DNA of 25,719 nt from the NCBI GenBank assembly GCA_039807355.1, contig JBDHRB010000001.1, positions 1 to 25,719 on the forward strand, written 5' to 3'. Position numbers and translations under genes: made by a program. The notes below the pieces were generated by a model. That model had not been told where the DNA came from. It saw nothing but the letters and a program-made list of their open reading frames with translations, and did no database searches. The stretch is from Candidatus Competibacteraceae bacterium (GTDB lineage: Bacteria; Pseudomonadota; Gammaproteobacteria; Competibacterales; Competibacteraceae). Of this stretch, positions 1-8,429 are shown one piece after another (within the stretch, counting starts at the first letter, position 1; the number at the start of each line of letters is the position of its first letter).

Positions 1-45
1 ATGTTGGAAGTGTGGATATGGGCAACCCTGCCCGCGCTTCACAAT

Positions 46-77
46 AAAGCCCGCGACTTCAGCCGCGGGTTATTTAC
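46..77 (+). mobile_element. Right end (RE) of an IS200/IS605-family element whose body lies left of the window
   Basis: AAAG(46-49), then hairpin CCCGCG-acttcagc-CGCGGG(50-69), then ttat-TTAC(74-77). This is the layout of IS605-type right ends (e.g. GAAG-CCCACGACTTCAGTCGTGGG-TAGT-TCAC), and AAAG/TTAC obeys the IS608 guide/cleavage pairing. Confidence 0.6.
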
Positions 78-356
78 TCGAACACGTATACGGTTCTTTT
101 CGATCCTTGATGAGACAGCGCAAAGAAACAAAGATTATCGCGGTGGCTAACCATGAGGGCGGTTGTGGCAAGACGACGACCGTGGTGAACCTGGCCGCAG
201 AATTTTCCAAAATGGGTTTATCGGTTCTCGTGGTCGATGTAGATCCTCAAGCTAACGAATGAAAGGGACTTCCCCGAGCCGGTCGCCGTGCGGCGAGCGG
301 CAACGCGTGCCAAGATGGGGTAGCGAATCTCATCAACGGACTCGGGAGGGGAAATC

Positions 357-1373
357 ATGGCTATTGTGTACGTCGGGATCGATCTCGCCAAGAACGTGTT
401 CGCGGTGCACGGGGTGGACGAGCACGGCAAGCCGGCCCTGGTGCGGCCGAAGGTCGCGCGCGATAAACTGCGCGAGCTGGTCGCGGCGCTGCCGCCCTGC
501 ACAATCGGCATGGAAGCCTGCTCGGGCGCCCACCACTGGGCGCGGCTGTTCGGGGATCTGGGCCACCCGGTGCGGCGGATGGCGCCGCAGTTCGTCGCAC
601 CGTACCGGTTGAGCGGCCAGCGGGGCAAGAACGACGCGGCGGACGCGGCGGCGATTGGCGAGGCGGTCCAGCGACCGAACAGGCGGTTCGTGCCGATCAA
701 GAGCGTGGACCAGCAGGCGCGGCTGGCCTTGCACCGCACCCGACAAGGCTTCGTCGAGCAGCGCACGGCCACGCTCAACCGCATCCGGGGGCTGCTGAGC
801 GAGTTCGGCGTCGTACTGCCGCTCAAGGCGGCGACGGTGCGCCGCGAGGCGGCGGCCGGCCTGGAGGCGTTGCCCGGCTGGGCGCGGTTGGCCGTCGGCG
901 ACCCGTTGGACGAGGTGCGCCGGCTGGACGAGCGGATCGCCGAGTATGATCGACACCTGGTTCAACTGGCTCGCGAGGACGAGCGGGCACGACGACTGAT
1001 GCGGTTGAGCGGCGTGGGCGAAACCACTGCCACCGCCTTGTTGGCGACCGTCGGCAACGGGCACGACTTCCGCTGTGGCCGGCAGTTCGCGGCCTGGCTG
1101 GGGCTGGTGCCGGGCCAGCGCAGTTCGGGCGGCAAGACCCGGCTGGGCCGGATCACCAAAACCGGCGACCCCTACCTCCGAACCCTGTTGATCCTGGGCG
1201 CCCGAGCCGTTCTGGCCCTCGCCAAAACCAAGACCGACCCCATCAGCCGCTGGGCGGTGGCGCTGGAGCAACGCCGAGGTTATTGGAAAGCGGTCGTGGC
1301 CGTCGCCGCCAAGAACGCGCGCTTGGCTTGGGCCGTGCTCCATCATGGCGAACGCTTCGCCCTGCCGACCTGA
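357..1373 (+). CDS. IS110-family transposase / bridge recombinase (DEDD RuvC-like N-domain plus Tnp_20 C-domain)
   Basis: GIDLAK, MEAC and KNDAAD (DEDD residues); GLVP..SSGGK catalytic Ser motif; 338 aa. Confidence 0.96.
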   Translation: MAIVYVGIDLAKNVFAVHGVDEHGKPALVRPKVARDKLRELVAALPPCTIGMEACSGAHHWARLFGDLGHPVRRMAPQFVAPYRLSGQRGKNDAADAAAIGEAVQRPNRRFVPIKSVDQQARLALHRTRQGFVEQRTATLNRIRGLLSEFGVVLPLKAATVRREAAAGLEALPGWARLAVGDPLDEVRRLDERIAEYDRHLVQLAREDERARRLMRLSGVGETTATALLATVGNGHDFRCGRQFAAWLGLVPGQRSSGGKTRLGRITKTGDPYLRTLLILGARAVLALAKTKTDPISRWAVALEQRRGYWKAVVAVAAKNARLAWAVLHHGERFALPT

Positions 1374-1494
1374 TGACAACAGCGCCAAATCGGTATCCAC
1401 CTCATCTCGCCCCCACGAGGAGAACCTTCTCACCCATCATCCCACCACCGAGTGACCTCTCGCGTTGATGATTCAGGTTGGACCTGTGCGGGGG

Positions 1495-1625
1495 GTGCCT
1501 GTTGAACTCTTGGAGGCCACTCCAGCGGTCCTCGACTAACGAATGCGGCTCCCGCGCGCGTCTTTCATCAGGGTCCGTGGCATCAAAGCCGCATCAATGA
1601 CCGGTTGTAGTTTCTCCAGTCCGCA
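1495..1625 (+). ncRNA. Putative bridge/seek RNA core in the IS 3' non-coding region
   Basis: Non-coding region downstream of the transposase with short matches to the element's own junctions: CTAACGAATG 1536-1545 equals 252-261; CTTTCAT 1562-1568 is the reverse complement of 259-265; TTGTAG 1605-1610 equals 1745-1750. Boundaries are approximate. Confidence 0.65.
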
Positions 1626-2416
1626 CCTGACTCGATACTCGGCGCCAGAGACGCTCTCCGGCGGTTTCACAACCCACTTCACTAAACGACGAATCGCCAC
1701 GCTTTTCGTCATGGCCGGCCTTTGCTTGACTTCCGGGGAAGCCCTTGTAGCAAGCCTTCACCTGGGTAAAATGCACCCGAGCGAGGTCCCGATCACTTGT
1801 GCGGAGTTGCTGCTCTCCGAGCTGGAGAAGCTGCCTTTTGCCATTCATGAGGATACCAACATCGAGGGCGTATCGCTGATCTACGGATCGCTGGCGTTGG
1901 GTAGAACGGAAGATGAATTGAGAGATACCACCCCAAGATCATCGGAAGAACTCCGGGCGAAGCTCCAACCGCTCGATGGACTTTATGACATCATCCTGAT
2001 CGACTGCCCTCCCAGCCTAAAATTGCTGACCAGTAATGCTCTGGCGTCCGCTACGCATCTGATTATACCGGTGGAATCTGGCTCTCAGTACGGTATGTAC
2101 GGCGTAACCGACTTGATGAAGCACATCGCTAAAATCCGCCGAATCAACCCTCGGCTTGAGATACTCGGCGCGCTGCTCATCAAGCATGATGAACGATTGA
2201 TGGTTAGCAAGCTCATCGAAAACATGGCGCGGGAACAGATCGGCAAACTCCTGCCCATCAAGATTTCCACCAGCACGAAGGTAAACCAGGCTGCCATGGC
2301 GCAAAGCAGTTTGCACGCGCTGGATCGTACCGCCAAAGTATCCCGCGAGTTTCGGCAGCTTGCTCACCAACTGGCAAAGGAGCTTGGCCTTAAGGGAGTC
2401 GCGGTGGAGGACAGCC

Positions 2417-3322
2417 ATGCCTAAGAATTTGAAGGCACTGCTGGCGAAGAAACTGGCCGAGAACAGCCAACGCCACGCGGATGCACGACAAGAGACCGAT
2501 TTTGATGTTGGGCGACATCACGTCAAGCTGTCCGTCGATGAGGTCGATCCAAACCCCTACCAACCTCGCAGGGTTTTTCCGCAGCAGGAATTGGAGGAAC
2601 TGGCGGCCTCGATTTCCGAGGTTGGGTTGCTTCAGCCCATTTCCGTTCGACAGATTCGTGACCGCTATCAGATCATTGCGGGCGAACGCCGATGGCGGGC
2701 GTACAAGTTGCTTGGGCGTCCTGCTATCGAAGCGCTGATTATTCCCGTCGAAGAATCCGACATGGCCGTGCTTGCGTTGGTCGAGAATATAGATCGCGCG
2801 GACCTTTCGGACTACGAGATCGGCAAGGCCCTAAGACAAGTCGAAAGCTTATTTCCGACCCGAAAAAAACTTGCCGAAGCGTTGGGGATGAACCGAGAGG
2901 ACATGTATCGCTACTACGCTTTCGAATATTTCCCGGAACCGATACTTGCCAGACTTGACGCTAATCCACGCTTGCTGTCAAGGGCTGCGGCAGCGGACAT
3001 CAAACGGACAATGCAGTTGATCGATCCGCCATCGCTGGCGCTAGAGTTGTTGAATCGGGCTTGGGACTTGCTCGAAGCCGGGGTATTGGAACAGACCAAG
3101 CTCTCTAATTTTCTGCTAAGAGAACTGCGAATCTCCAAGGAAGAGAACGCACCAAGGTTCCATGAGGCCCACCAGACACTGGCTCGGGAGGGCAAGCCCG
3201 TTGGCTCCATTTCTCGCGACTCGAAGCACTTGGTCATAAAGCTGAAGATCGATGCGCTGAGCGACGAAAACGAAGCCAAGCTGCGGAGCTTCGTCGAACG
3301 GATCGCGTCAGGAGACTTGTAG
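2417..3322 (+). CDS. parB: ParB/RepB/Spo0J-family partition protein (plasmid/chromid type)
   Basis: PNPYQPRR, GLLQPI and IIAGERRWRA motifs intact; ALVENIDRADLS; central HTH. ATG 2417 overlaps the parA stop, with GGAGG upstream. Confidence 0.95.
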   Translation: MPKNLKALLAKKLAENSQRHADARQETDFDVGRHHVKLSVDEVDPNPYQPRRVFPQQELEELAASISEVGLLQPISVRQIRDRYQIIAGERRWRAYKLLGRPAIEALIIPVEESDMAVLALVENIDRADLSDYEIGKALRQVESLFPTRKKLAEALGMNREDMYRYYAFEYFPEPILARLDANPRLLSRAAAADIKRTMQLIDPPSLALELLNRAWDLLEAGVLEQTKLSNFLLRELRISKEENAPRFHEAHQTLAREGKPVGSISRDSKHLVIKLKIDALSDENEAKLRSFVERIASGDL

Positions 3323-3363
3323 CAAGTTGCTACACAATCCAAAGGTGTAGCAAGTTGCCACAC
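3318..3363. repeat. Two 17-19 bp palindromes, putative parS centromere
   Basis: TGTAGCAA-G-TTGCTACA (3318-3334, perfect 8-bp arms) and GTGTAGCAA-G-TTGCCACAC (3345-3363, one mismatch), 28 bp apart, directly at the parB stop. Confidence 0.6.
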
Positions 3364-3873
3364 TGGTATCGGCGGTCGCCTTCGACGACGACGGCCAAAT
3401 CGACCTGTTGCTGTTCGGCACCCACGTCTACCAGTTGCCGCCCGTGACTTTGGACGAGATCGAGGGTTACGTCGAACGGGTAGTCTTGGCGAGATACAAA
3501 ATCCGGGAAGCCACGAACTACGCGCCGCCGTTGCGGTTGCTACTGAGCAAGTACCAGACGCCGCAGCTCGCGTTCGTGGTTTTCCTGACCGATGGCGGCA
3601 ATGCCGACCGGCGGGAGAGCACGGAGGTGATCCGCGAGCTGTCCGGCGAGCCGGTGTTCGTGCAGTTCGTGGGGAATCGGCCAGGAGGACTTCCCGTTTT
3701 TGCACAAACTGGACGAGCTATCCGGGCGGCTGATCGACAACGCCGGTTTCATGCACGTCAACGATCTGGACGAGATCGAGGACGCCGAGCTGTACGACCG
3801 GCTGCTGAACGAGTTCCCGCACTGGCTGGCGAAGGCGCGGGAAAAGGGCATCCTTGAACGCATGATCGGTTAG
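3363..3873 (+). pseudogene. 5'-truncated, frameshifted vWA-domain (TerF-associated vWA-like) gene
   Basis: AFDDDGQIDLLLFG...TNYAP...FVVFLTDGG...VFVQFVG, then a frameshift near 3675 to IGQEDFPFLHKLDELSGRLIDNAGF...LLNEFPHWL...MIG*. No start codon or N-terminus; the fragment begins at the second palindrome. Confidence 0.8.
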
Positions 3874-3875
3874 CT

Positions 3876-4709
3876 TTACCAGTCGCCGAGAATCTTTGAT
3901 TCGACTGATCGAGACCGAACCCCCATCCGCTCCAACACCCCCTCCAGAATCTCCAGGTCGGCGAACTCGACGATCAGTTGCCCCCGGCCGTCCGCGCCAT
4001 GGGTGACCGTCACCCGCGTCCCCAGCCGGTCCGCCAGGTCGGTTTCCAGCCGGGCGAGGTCGGGGTCCTTCACGGACGCCGCGGGCGCACTTCCGGCGCC
4101 GATTTGGGGATGGCCGCCGCCCTGCTTGTCCGCTCGCGCCAGGGCCTCCACCTGGCGGGTGGTCAAGTTCTCCCGCGCGATGCGTCGCGCCAGGTCGAGC
4201 TGGACCTGTTCCGGCAGGCCGACCAGGGCGCGGGCCTTGCCGATTTCCAGCGCGCCGGTCGCGACCTGTTGTTGGAGGCTCGGGGCCAGCCGCAGCAGCC
4301 GCAATCGATGCGAGGCTTCGGTGCGCGACAGTCCCATCTCGCGGCCGACGGCGGCGATGCTCCGGCCCCGCGCCACTTCGGCCTGGATGGCCCGGGCTTC
4401 GGCGAGGGGATCGGCGGGCTCCGGGCCGGCATCCCCTTCGACCAGCCGGCGGGCGTCGGCGTCGCTCAGCGGGTCCCGCACGTGGACGGGCACGGTGGCT
4501 AGCTCCGCCCGCTGCGCCAGCAGCCAGTGCTTCAGGCCGCTGAGGATTTCGTAGCGGGGCGGGGTCGCGCCTGGCAGCGGGCGCACCGTCACCGGCTCGA
4601 CGAAGCCGACGGCGCGGGCCAGGGCCACGGCCGCCGGGGTGGGCCAGGGCAGGGGGACCGCCGGGCGCAGGGCGCTGACGTGCAGAAGATCGAGGGGAAC
4701 GGCGCGCAT
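3876..4709 (-). CDS. ParB/Spo0J-like protein with degenerate CTP-binding motif
   Basis: PVTVRP..RYEILSGLKHW (GERRW position altered), HTH region MGLSRTEASHRLRLLRL, LTTRQVEAL, and a Spo0J-type C-terminal dimerisation segment (DLARLETDLADRLGTRVTV..G.L.VEFADLEILEGVL). Confidence 0.85.
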   Translation of the reverse strand: MRAVPLDLLHVSALRPAVPLPWPTPAAVALARAVGFVEPVTVRPLPGATPPRYEILSGLKHWLLAQRAELATVPVHVRDPLSDADARRLVEGDAGPEPADPLAEARAIQAEVARGRSIAAVGREMGLSRTEASHRLRLLRLAPSLQQQVATGALEIGKARALVGLPEQVQLDLARRIARENLTTRQVEALARADKQGGGHPQIGAGSAPAASVKDPDLARLETDLADRLGTRVTVTHGADGRGQLIVEFADLEILEGVLERMGVRSRSVESKILGDW

Positions 4710-4862
4710 GAGCCAAAATCCGTGTCATGTTGCACGGTCAGTATAGGACCCGCGGACGAGGTTGGCGATCCCCGGATGCCCGGGCGCCGGCGCGGGCCGT
4801 TCGCGCCCGCCGACGATTCGCTACACTTGTGATCAATACCGTCGCCACCGCCAGAGCTCGCC

Positions 4863-5681
4863 ATGTCCGACCCGAACCCCGGGGCCACCGATCCTACACC
4901 CGTCCCCACGGCGGCGCCCGCCCGCCGCTGGCCGAGCGCTACCCCGCGCTGCTTCGATGGGGAGCACCCCCGGCCGCTCAAGCTCGACATCCACCAGGAT
5001 TTGATCGCGGCGGGCCACGACCGGATCGCCGTCCGGCGCGCGCTGGGCCGCTATTGCCAGACCGACCGGTACCGGCAAGCGCTGCAAGCCGGCGCGGCCC
5101 GGCTCGACTTGCAGGGCCAACCGGCCGGGGTCGTGACCGAGAAAGAGGCCGCGCACGCCCGGCAGGTCTTGACGCCCCGCGCCGAACGGGTCGCCGCCGC
5201 CCGCGAGTCGCTACCCCCCGACACCACCCCCGTCCCGAAAGAACATCTCGTGCCCGGTTGCCTCGAACTCGTCGCGAAATTCTCGGAGCTGCCCAAACCG
5301 GTCGCAGCGCCGAGCGGGCTGAAAATCGGCCTCCAGACCGAGGTGGGCACCGTCACCGCGATCCTGCCCCCCAAGGTCTGGCGCAAGCTGGAGCAGGCGG
5401 CCAAGACCTGCCCGCAGTGGGTGGCCGCCCTGAGCGGGTCGCTGGCGCGGTTCGCGGACGGCGAGATCGTCCTCCAGCACCCGACCGTGCAAATTTTCGA
5501 GCGGAAAGCCCGACCCGAGGCCGAACCGGCGCGGGCGGTCGAGGCGGCGACATCGGCACCGGCCGCAACGCCGGAACCGCCGGAGGCGAAAGCCGCCGAG
5601 GCGAAGGCGCCCGCAATGCCCGCCTCGAATCCGAACATCCTTCGCGCGGCGGCCAGCCCGAGAGGTCAGCGGAAGCCTTGA
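4863..5681 (+). CDS. ProQ/FinO-domain RNA-binding protein with extra C-terminal domain
   Basis: PRPLKLDIHQDL..ALGRYCQTDRYRQAL.AGAARLDLQGQPAGVVT is a ProQ/FinO-like core. It is followed by a second globular segment (LELVAKFSELP...QWVAALSG.L...VQIFERK) and a low-complexity tail. Confidence 0.8.
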   Translation: MSDPNPGATDPTPVPTAAPARRWPSATPRCFDGEHPRPLKLDIHQDLIAAGHDRIAVRRALGRYCQTDRYRQALQAGAARLDLQGQPAGVVTEKEAAHARQVLTPRAERVAAARESLPPDTTPVPKEHLVPGCLELVAKFSELPKPVAAPSGLKIGLQTEVGTVTAILPPKVWRKLEQAAKTCPQWVAALSGSLARFADGEIVLQHPTVQIFERKARPEAEPARAVEAATSAPAATPEPPEAKAAEAKAPAMPASNPNILRAAASPRGQRKP

Positions 5682-5707
5682 CATTGCGTAGATGCGGCCG
5701 TGGCGCT

Positions 5708-7354
5708 ATGGACCTCGTTCGGTTGCTTCCGCGTTTCGCGAACGTCTTGCTGCTCAATTCGCTTACGGCCGTCGTGTATTTCCTCGTCGGCAAGGCCGCG
5801 CTCTCCCTGGCCTTTCTCCACCCGAGCATCACGGTGGTCTGGCCATCCACGGGGATCGCCATCGCGGCCTGTCTCCTCTACGGGTACCGGGCGTGGCCGG
5901 GCGTGCTGGTGGGCGCCTTCATGGTGAACCAGACGGCGTTGGGGACGGTGCTGACCTCTGCGGCCATTGCCGCCGGCAATACCCTGGAGGCCCTCCTGGG
6001 GGCCTATCTGCTCAACCGCTTTGCCGATGGCCGCAGGGCCTTCTGGCAAGCGGAGGGGGTGCTCAAGTTCGCCGCCCTGGTGGCCGTGCTGAGCACGACC
6101 GTGAGCGCCACCGTGGGCGTGACGTGCTTGGCGCTGGCGGGGGAAACCGGCGGCAGGCCCCTGGACATGATGTGGCTGACCTGGTGGCTCGGCGATGCCA
6201 CGGGCGCTCTCGTCGTCACGCCGGTGATAGTGCTCTGGAGCAGTCCCGTGGCTCTCGCCTGGCAGCGCCGAAGGCCGCTGGAAGGGATGCTCGTCCTGGC
6301 CGTACTGGTTCTGGTCGGCCAGATGATCTTTGGTGTCTTGGCTCCTGTCCCGGCGCAGCACTACTTCCTGGAATTGCTGTTCGTCCCGATCCTGACCTGG
6401 GGCGCGGTGCGCCTGGGTCCGCGCCGCGTGGCTCTCGGGGTCCTGCTGGTGGCCACGACCGCCCTGGTCGGCACGCTGCGGGGCGTCGGCCCCTTCGTCC
6501 GCGATTCGGCGAATACGTCGCTGCTGCTGCTCCAGTTCTTCCTGGGCATCACCGCCGTCACCGCCTTCGCCACGGCGGCGGCGGTAGCCGAGCGCGGCGA
6601 AGCCCTGGCCGCGCTCCAGCGCTCCACCGGCGCGGCGCTGGCCGGCGAGGAACGCCTGCGCGCCCAGATCGCGGAGTTTCTGCATAGCCAGGTGCAAAAC
6701 CGCCTGCTGATGGCCTGGCATCGATTACGGATCGCCTTGCAGCGTTGGCCGGCCGAGCCTGAGGCGGCCCAAACATTAGTGGCCGAGGTCGCCGACCAGT
6801 TGGACGAAATCCGCGAGCAGGACGTGCGCCAGGCCAGTTATCGCCTGCATCCCTCGTTTATCCGGGAAGGCTTGACGCCGGCACTGCATGCGTTGATCGA
6901 GCGCTTCGAGGGCCATGTTGGCCTCGCGCTGGTGATCGACCCGGCCTTGGCGGCGCTGGACACGCCGCTGCGTAACCGCCTGCCCGAAGCTCTGCGCCTG
7001 GCGGCGTATCGGATCGTCGAAGAAGCGCTCGGCAACGTGGCGCGCCACGCTCGGGCGACCTGGGTGCGCATCGCCCTCGGCCTGGACGGGCAGGCAGCTC
7101 TCGTCCTCACCGTCGAGGACGATGGCCGGGGGTTCGCGGTGGATGGTGCGCGGCGGGGTTTGGGGCTGGCCAGCATCGACAGCCGGGTGCAGCAGCTCGG
7201 CGGCGAGTGGCGGATCACGAGCCAGCCGGGGAAAGGCACGACCCTTGCCGTGCGCCTCGCACTGGTCAGTCCGGCGCCGGCGGCGGACCCCTCGGATTCG
7301 CCACCGTCTGGCTCTCCAGCAGATACGCGAGCGCCGCGCGGACCCGCGGGTTGA
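5708..7354 (+). CDS. MASE1-domain sensor histidine kinase (HisKA_3/HATPase type)
   Basis: N-terminal multi-TM MASE1 signature (VVWPSTGIAIA, AAGNTLEALLG, WWLGDATGALVVTP); H-box EFLHSQVQ; EALGNVARHA, VEDDGRGF, GLGLASI, GKGTT. Start taken at ATG 5708 inside the longer ORF. Confidence 0.9.
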   Translation: MDLVRLLPRFANVLLLNSLTAVVYFLVGKAALSLAFLHPSITVVWPSTGIAIAACLLYGYRAWPGVLVGAFMVNQTALGTVLTSAAIAAGNTLEALLGAYLLNRFADGRRAFWQAEGVLKFAALVAVLSTTVSATVGVTCLALAGETGGRPLDMMWLTWWLGDATGALVVTPVIVLWSSPVALAWQRRRPLEGMLVLAVLVLVGQMIFGVLAPVPAQHYFLELLFVPILTWGAVRLGPRRVALGVLLVATTALVGTLRGVGPFVRDSANTSLLLLQFFLGITAVTAFATAAAVAERGEALAALQRSTGAALAGEERLRAQIAEFLHSQVQNRLLMAWHRLRIALQRWPAEPEAAQTLVAEVADQLDEIREQDVRQASYRLHPSFIREGLTPALHALIERFEGHVGLALVIDPALAALDTPLRNRLPEALRLAAYRIVEEALGNVARHARATWVRIALGLDGQAALVLTVEDDGRGFAVDGARRGLGLASIDSRVQQLGGEWRITSQPGKGTTLAVRLALVSPAPAADPSDSPPSGSPADTRAPRGPAG

Positions 7355-7976
7355 ACTGCAAGGATTCCTGGCCCAGCCCCAGTTCCTGATAGATCCCATT
7401 CAGCTGGTTTTCCACGGTGCTCGGGGCGAGGTGCAGCCGCTCGGCGATGACCGCATTGGTAAAGCCTTGGGCGATCAGGACCAGCACGTCCCGCTGGCGG
7501 GGGCTCAGCCGCGCCAGCGCCCCGCCCGGACGGGGACGGCGGCGCGCGACGATGTAGGGATCGAGCACCACCAGCCCGGCGGCGGCTCCCTGGATGGCGC
7601 GCACCAAGGTGTCCACGGCCGCGACCGACCGTTTCAGCAGGTAGCACCAGCCGGCCATGCTGACGGGCGGGAGCATCGCCAGGAAATGCGGTACCCAATG
7701 GTTGGAGAGCAGCACGATGCCGAGCGCCGGGAACCGTTCGCGCAGGAGTAGCCCGAGCTGAATCCCGCTCAAGCCCGCGCCGAGGTCGATGTCGAGCAGC
7801 GCCACCCGGGGCTGGAGTGCGGGGATATGCTGGAGGGCGTCGGCGCTCCGGCGGAACACCCCCACCACCTCGATGGCGGGGGGCTGATGCAGGGCCGCGC
7901 GCAACAAATCCAGCAGCAGCGGTTCGTCCTCCACCACGGCCACGGTGATCACGGTCCCAGGCAGCGTCGTCCCCAT
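7266..7976 (-). CDS. NarL/LuxR-family response regulator (REC plus LuxR HTH)
   Basis: VAVVEDE, ALLDIDL (phospho-Asp), YLLKRS, LSPRQRDVLVLIAQGFTNAVIAERLHLAPSTVENQL; strong SD (AAGGAGG) upstream. Confidence 0.93.
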   Translation of the reverse strand: MGTTLPGTVITVAVVEDEPLLLDLLRAALHQPPAIEVVGVFRRSADALQHIPALQPRVALLDIDLGAGLSGIQLGLLLRERFPALGIVLLSNHWVPHFLAMLPPVSMAGWCYLLKRSVAAVDTLVRAIQGAAAGLVVLDPYIVARRRPRPGGALARLSPRQRDVLVLIAQGFTNAVIAERLHLAPSTVENQLNGIYQELGLGQESLQFNPRVRAALAYLLESQTVANPRGPPPAPD

Positions 7977-8331
7977 CGTTCCCCTCCTTTGGGTCCATAA
8001 CGGGCCCGGCTATTCGATTACCGCTTCCTTGCGGGTCGGTGACAAGGAAGGTCACCCTTCAGATTATGTACCCTGAAAAATTGGGTGCTTACCTTCTTGT
8101 TCGGCCTCCATTGTGTCACTACCCTTCGTGCACTCTGGATTTTTGGTTGTCTGGCGTCGAACACCTTATGGATTATTCAGACAATAACCCTTACCGCTGG
8201 TTTTATTCAGTATGCCTTTGATTTTGCTGAATGTCGATCCGTCGATACCGGCAACAACCGATCCATAAGTATTTGATTTCCCTAGTTAGAAACGAACTGG
8301 CGCCATTGGTTGATAAGGATACATTTGACTT

Positions 8332-8397
8332 GCGTCGAACTCCGGCAACGCCCCGCCTGGGTTGGTCGGATTCAGCGTCCCTTTTCCCGACAGGTAC
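8332..8397. repeat. 66-bp perfect inverted repeat, copy 1 (non-coding leader)
   Basis: Exact reverse complement of 9917-9982. The same peptide ELRQRPAWVGRIQRPFSRQV appears in ORF 8310(+) and ORF 9807..10886(-). Confidence 0.95.
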
Positions 8398-8429
8398 ATA
8401 TCGTTTCATACCCCCAAAGGAGACGAAAC

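Larger units (their letters stand above)
257..1749 (+). mobile_element. IS110-family insertion sequence, IS1111 group
   Basis: Boundaries are defined by restoring the parA frame, with no target duplication. Sub-terminal imperfect IRs AGGGACTTCCCC (264-275) and GGGGAAGCCCTT (1735-1746) lie 7 nt from the left end and 3 nt from the right end, the IS1111 geometry. Long 3' non-coding region. Confidence 0.9.
110..2424 (+). pseudogene. parA: ParA-family partition ATPase interrupted by an IS1111-group element
   Basis: 110-256 translates [32 protein letters not shown]...[11 protein letters not shown]. Joining 256 to 1750 restores DPQAN|ASLHLG in frame with the rest of ORF 1543..2424 (YDIILIDCPPSL..NAL.A.THLIIPV). 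The deviant Walker A signature Lys is Glu (HEGGCGKT). Confidence 0.93.

Noticed and set aside
248-1755. CAAGC on both sides of the IS as a 5-bp target-site duplication
   Set aside because: Removing the element that way puts parA out of frame. The 257-1749 boundaries restore DPQANASLHLG and fit IS1111 end geometry, and IS110-family elements do not make TSDs.
1745-3326. TTGTAGCAAG shared by the IS right junction (1745-54) and the parS-like palindrome (3317-26)
   Set aside because: The junction copy is half IS and half parA, so it did not exist before insertion. A single 10-mer match in 25 kb is plausible by chance.
4727-5707. 875-aa version of the histidine kinase
   Set aside because: The first 327 codons are an Arg/Pro-rich off-frame read of the ProQ-like gene; the MASE1 domain starts after ATG 5708.
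8310-8429. Upstream start for the large protein (1198 aa)
   Set aside because: The extension is merely the inverted repeat read in frame; the SD GGAG supports ATG 8430.
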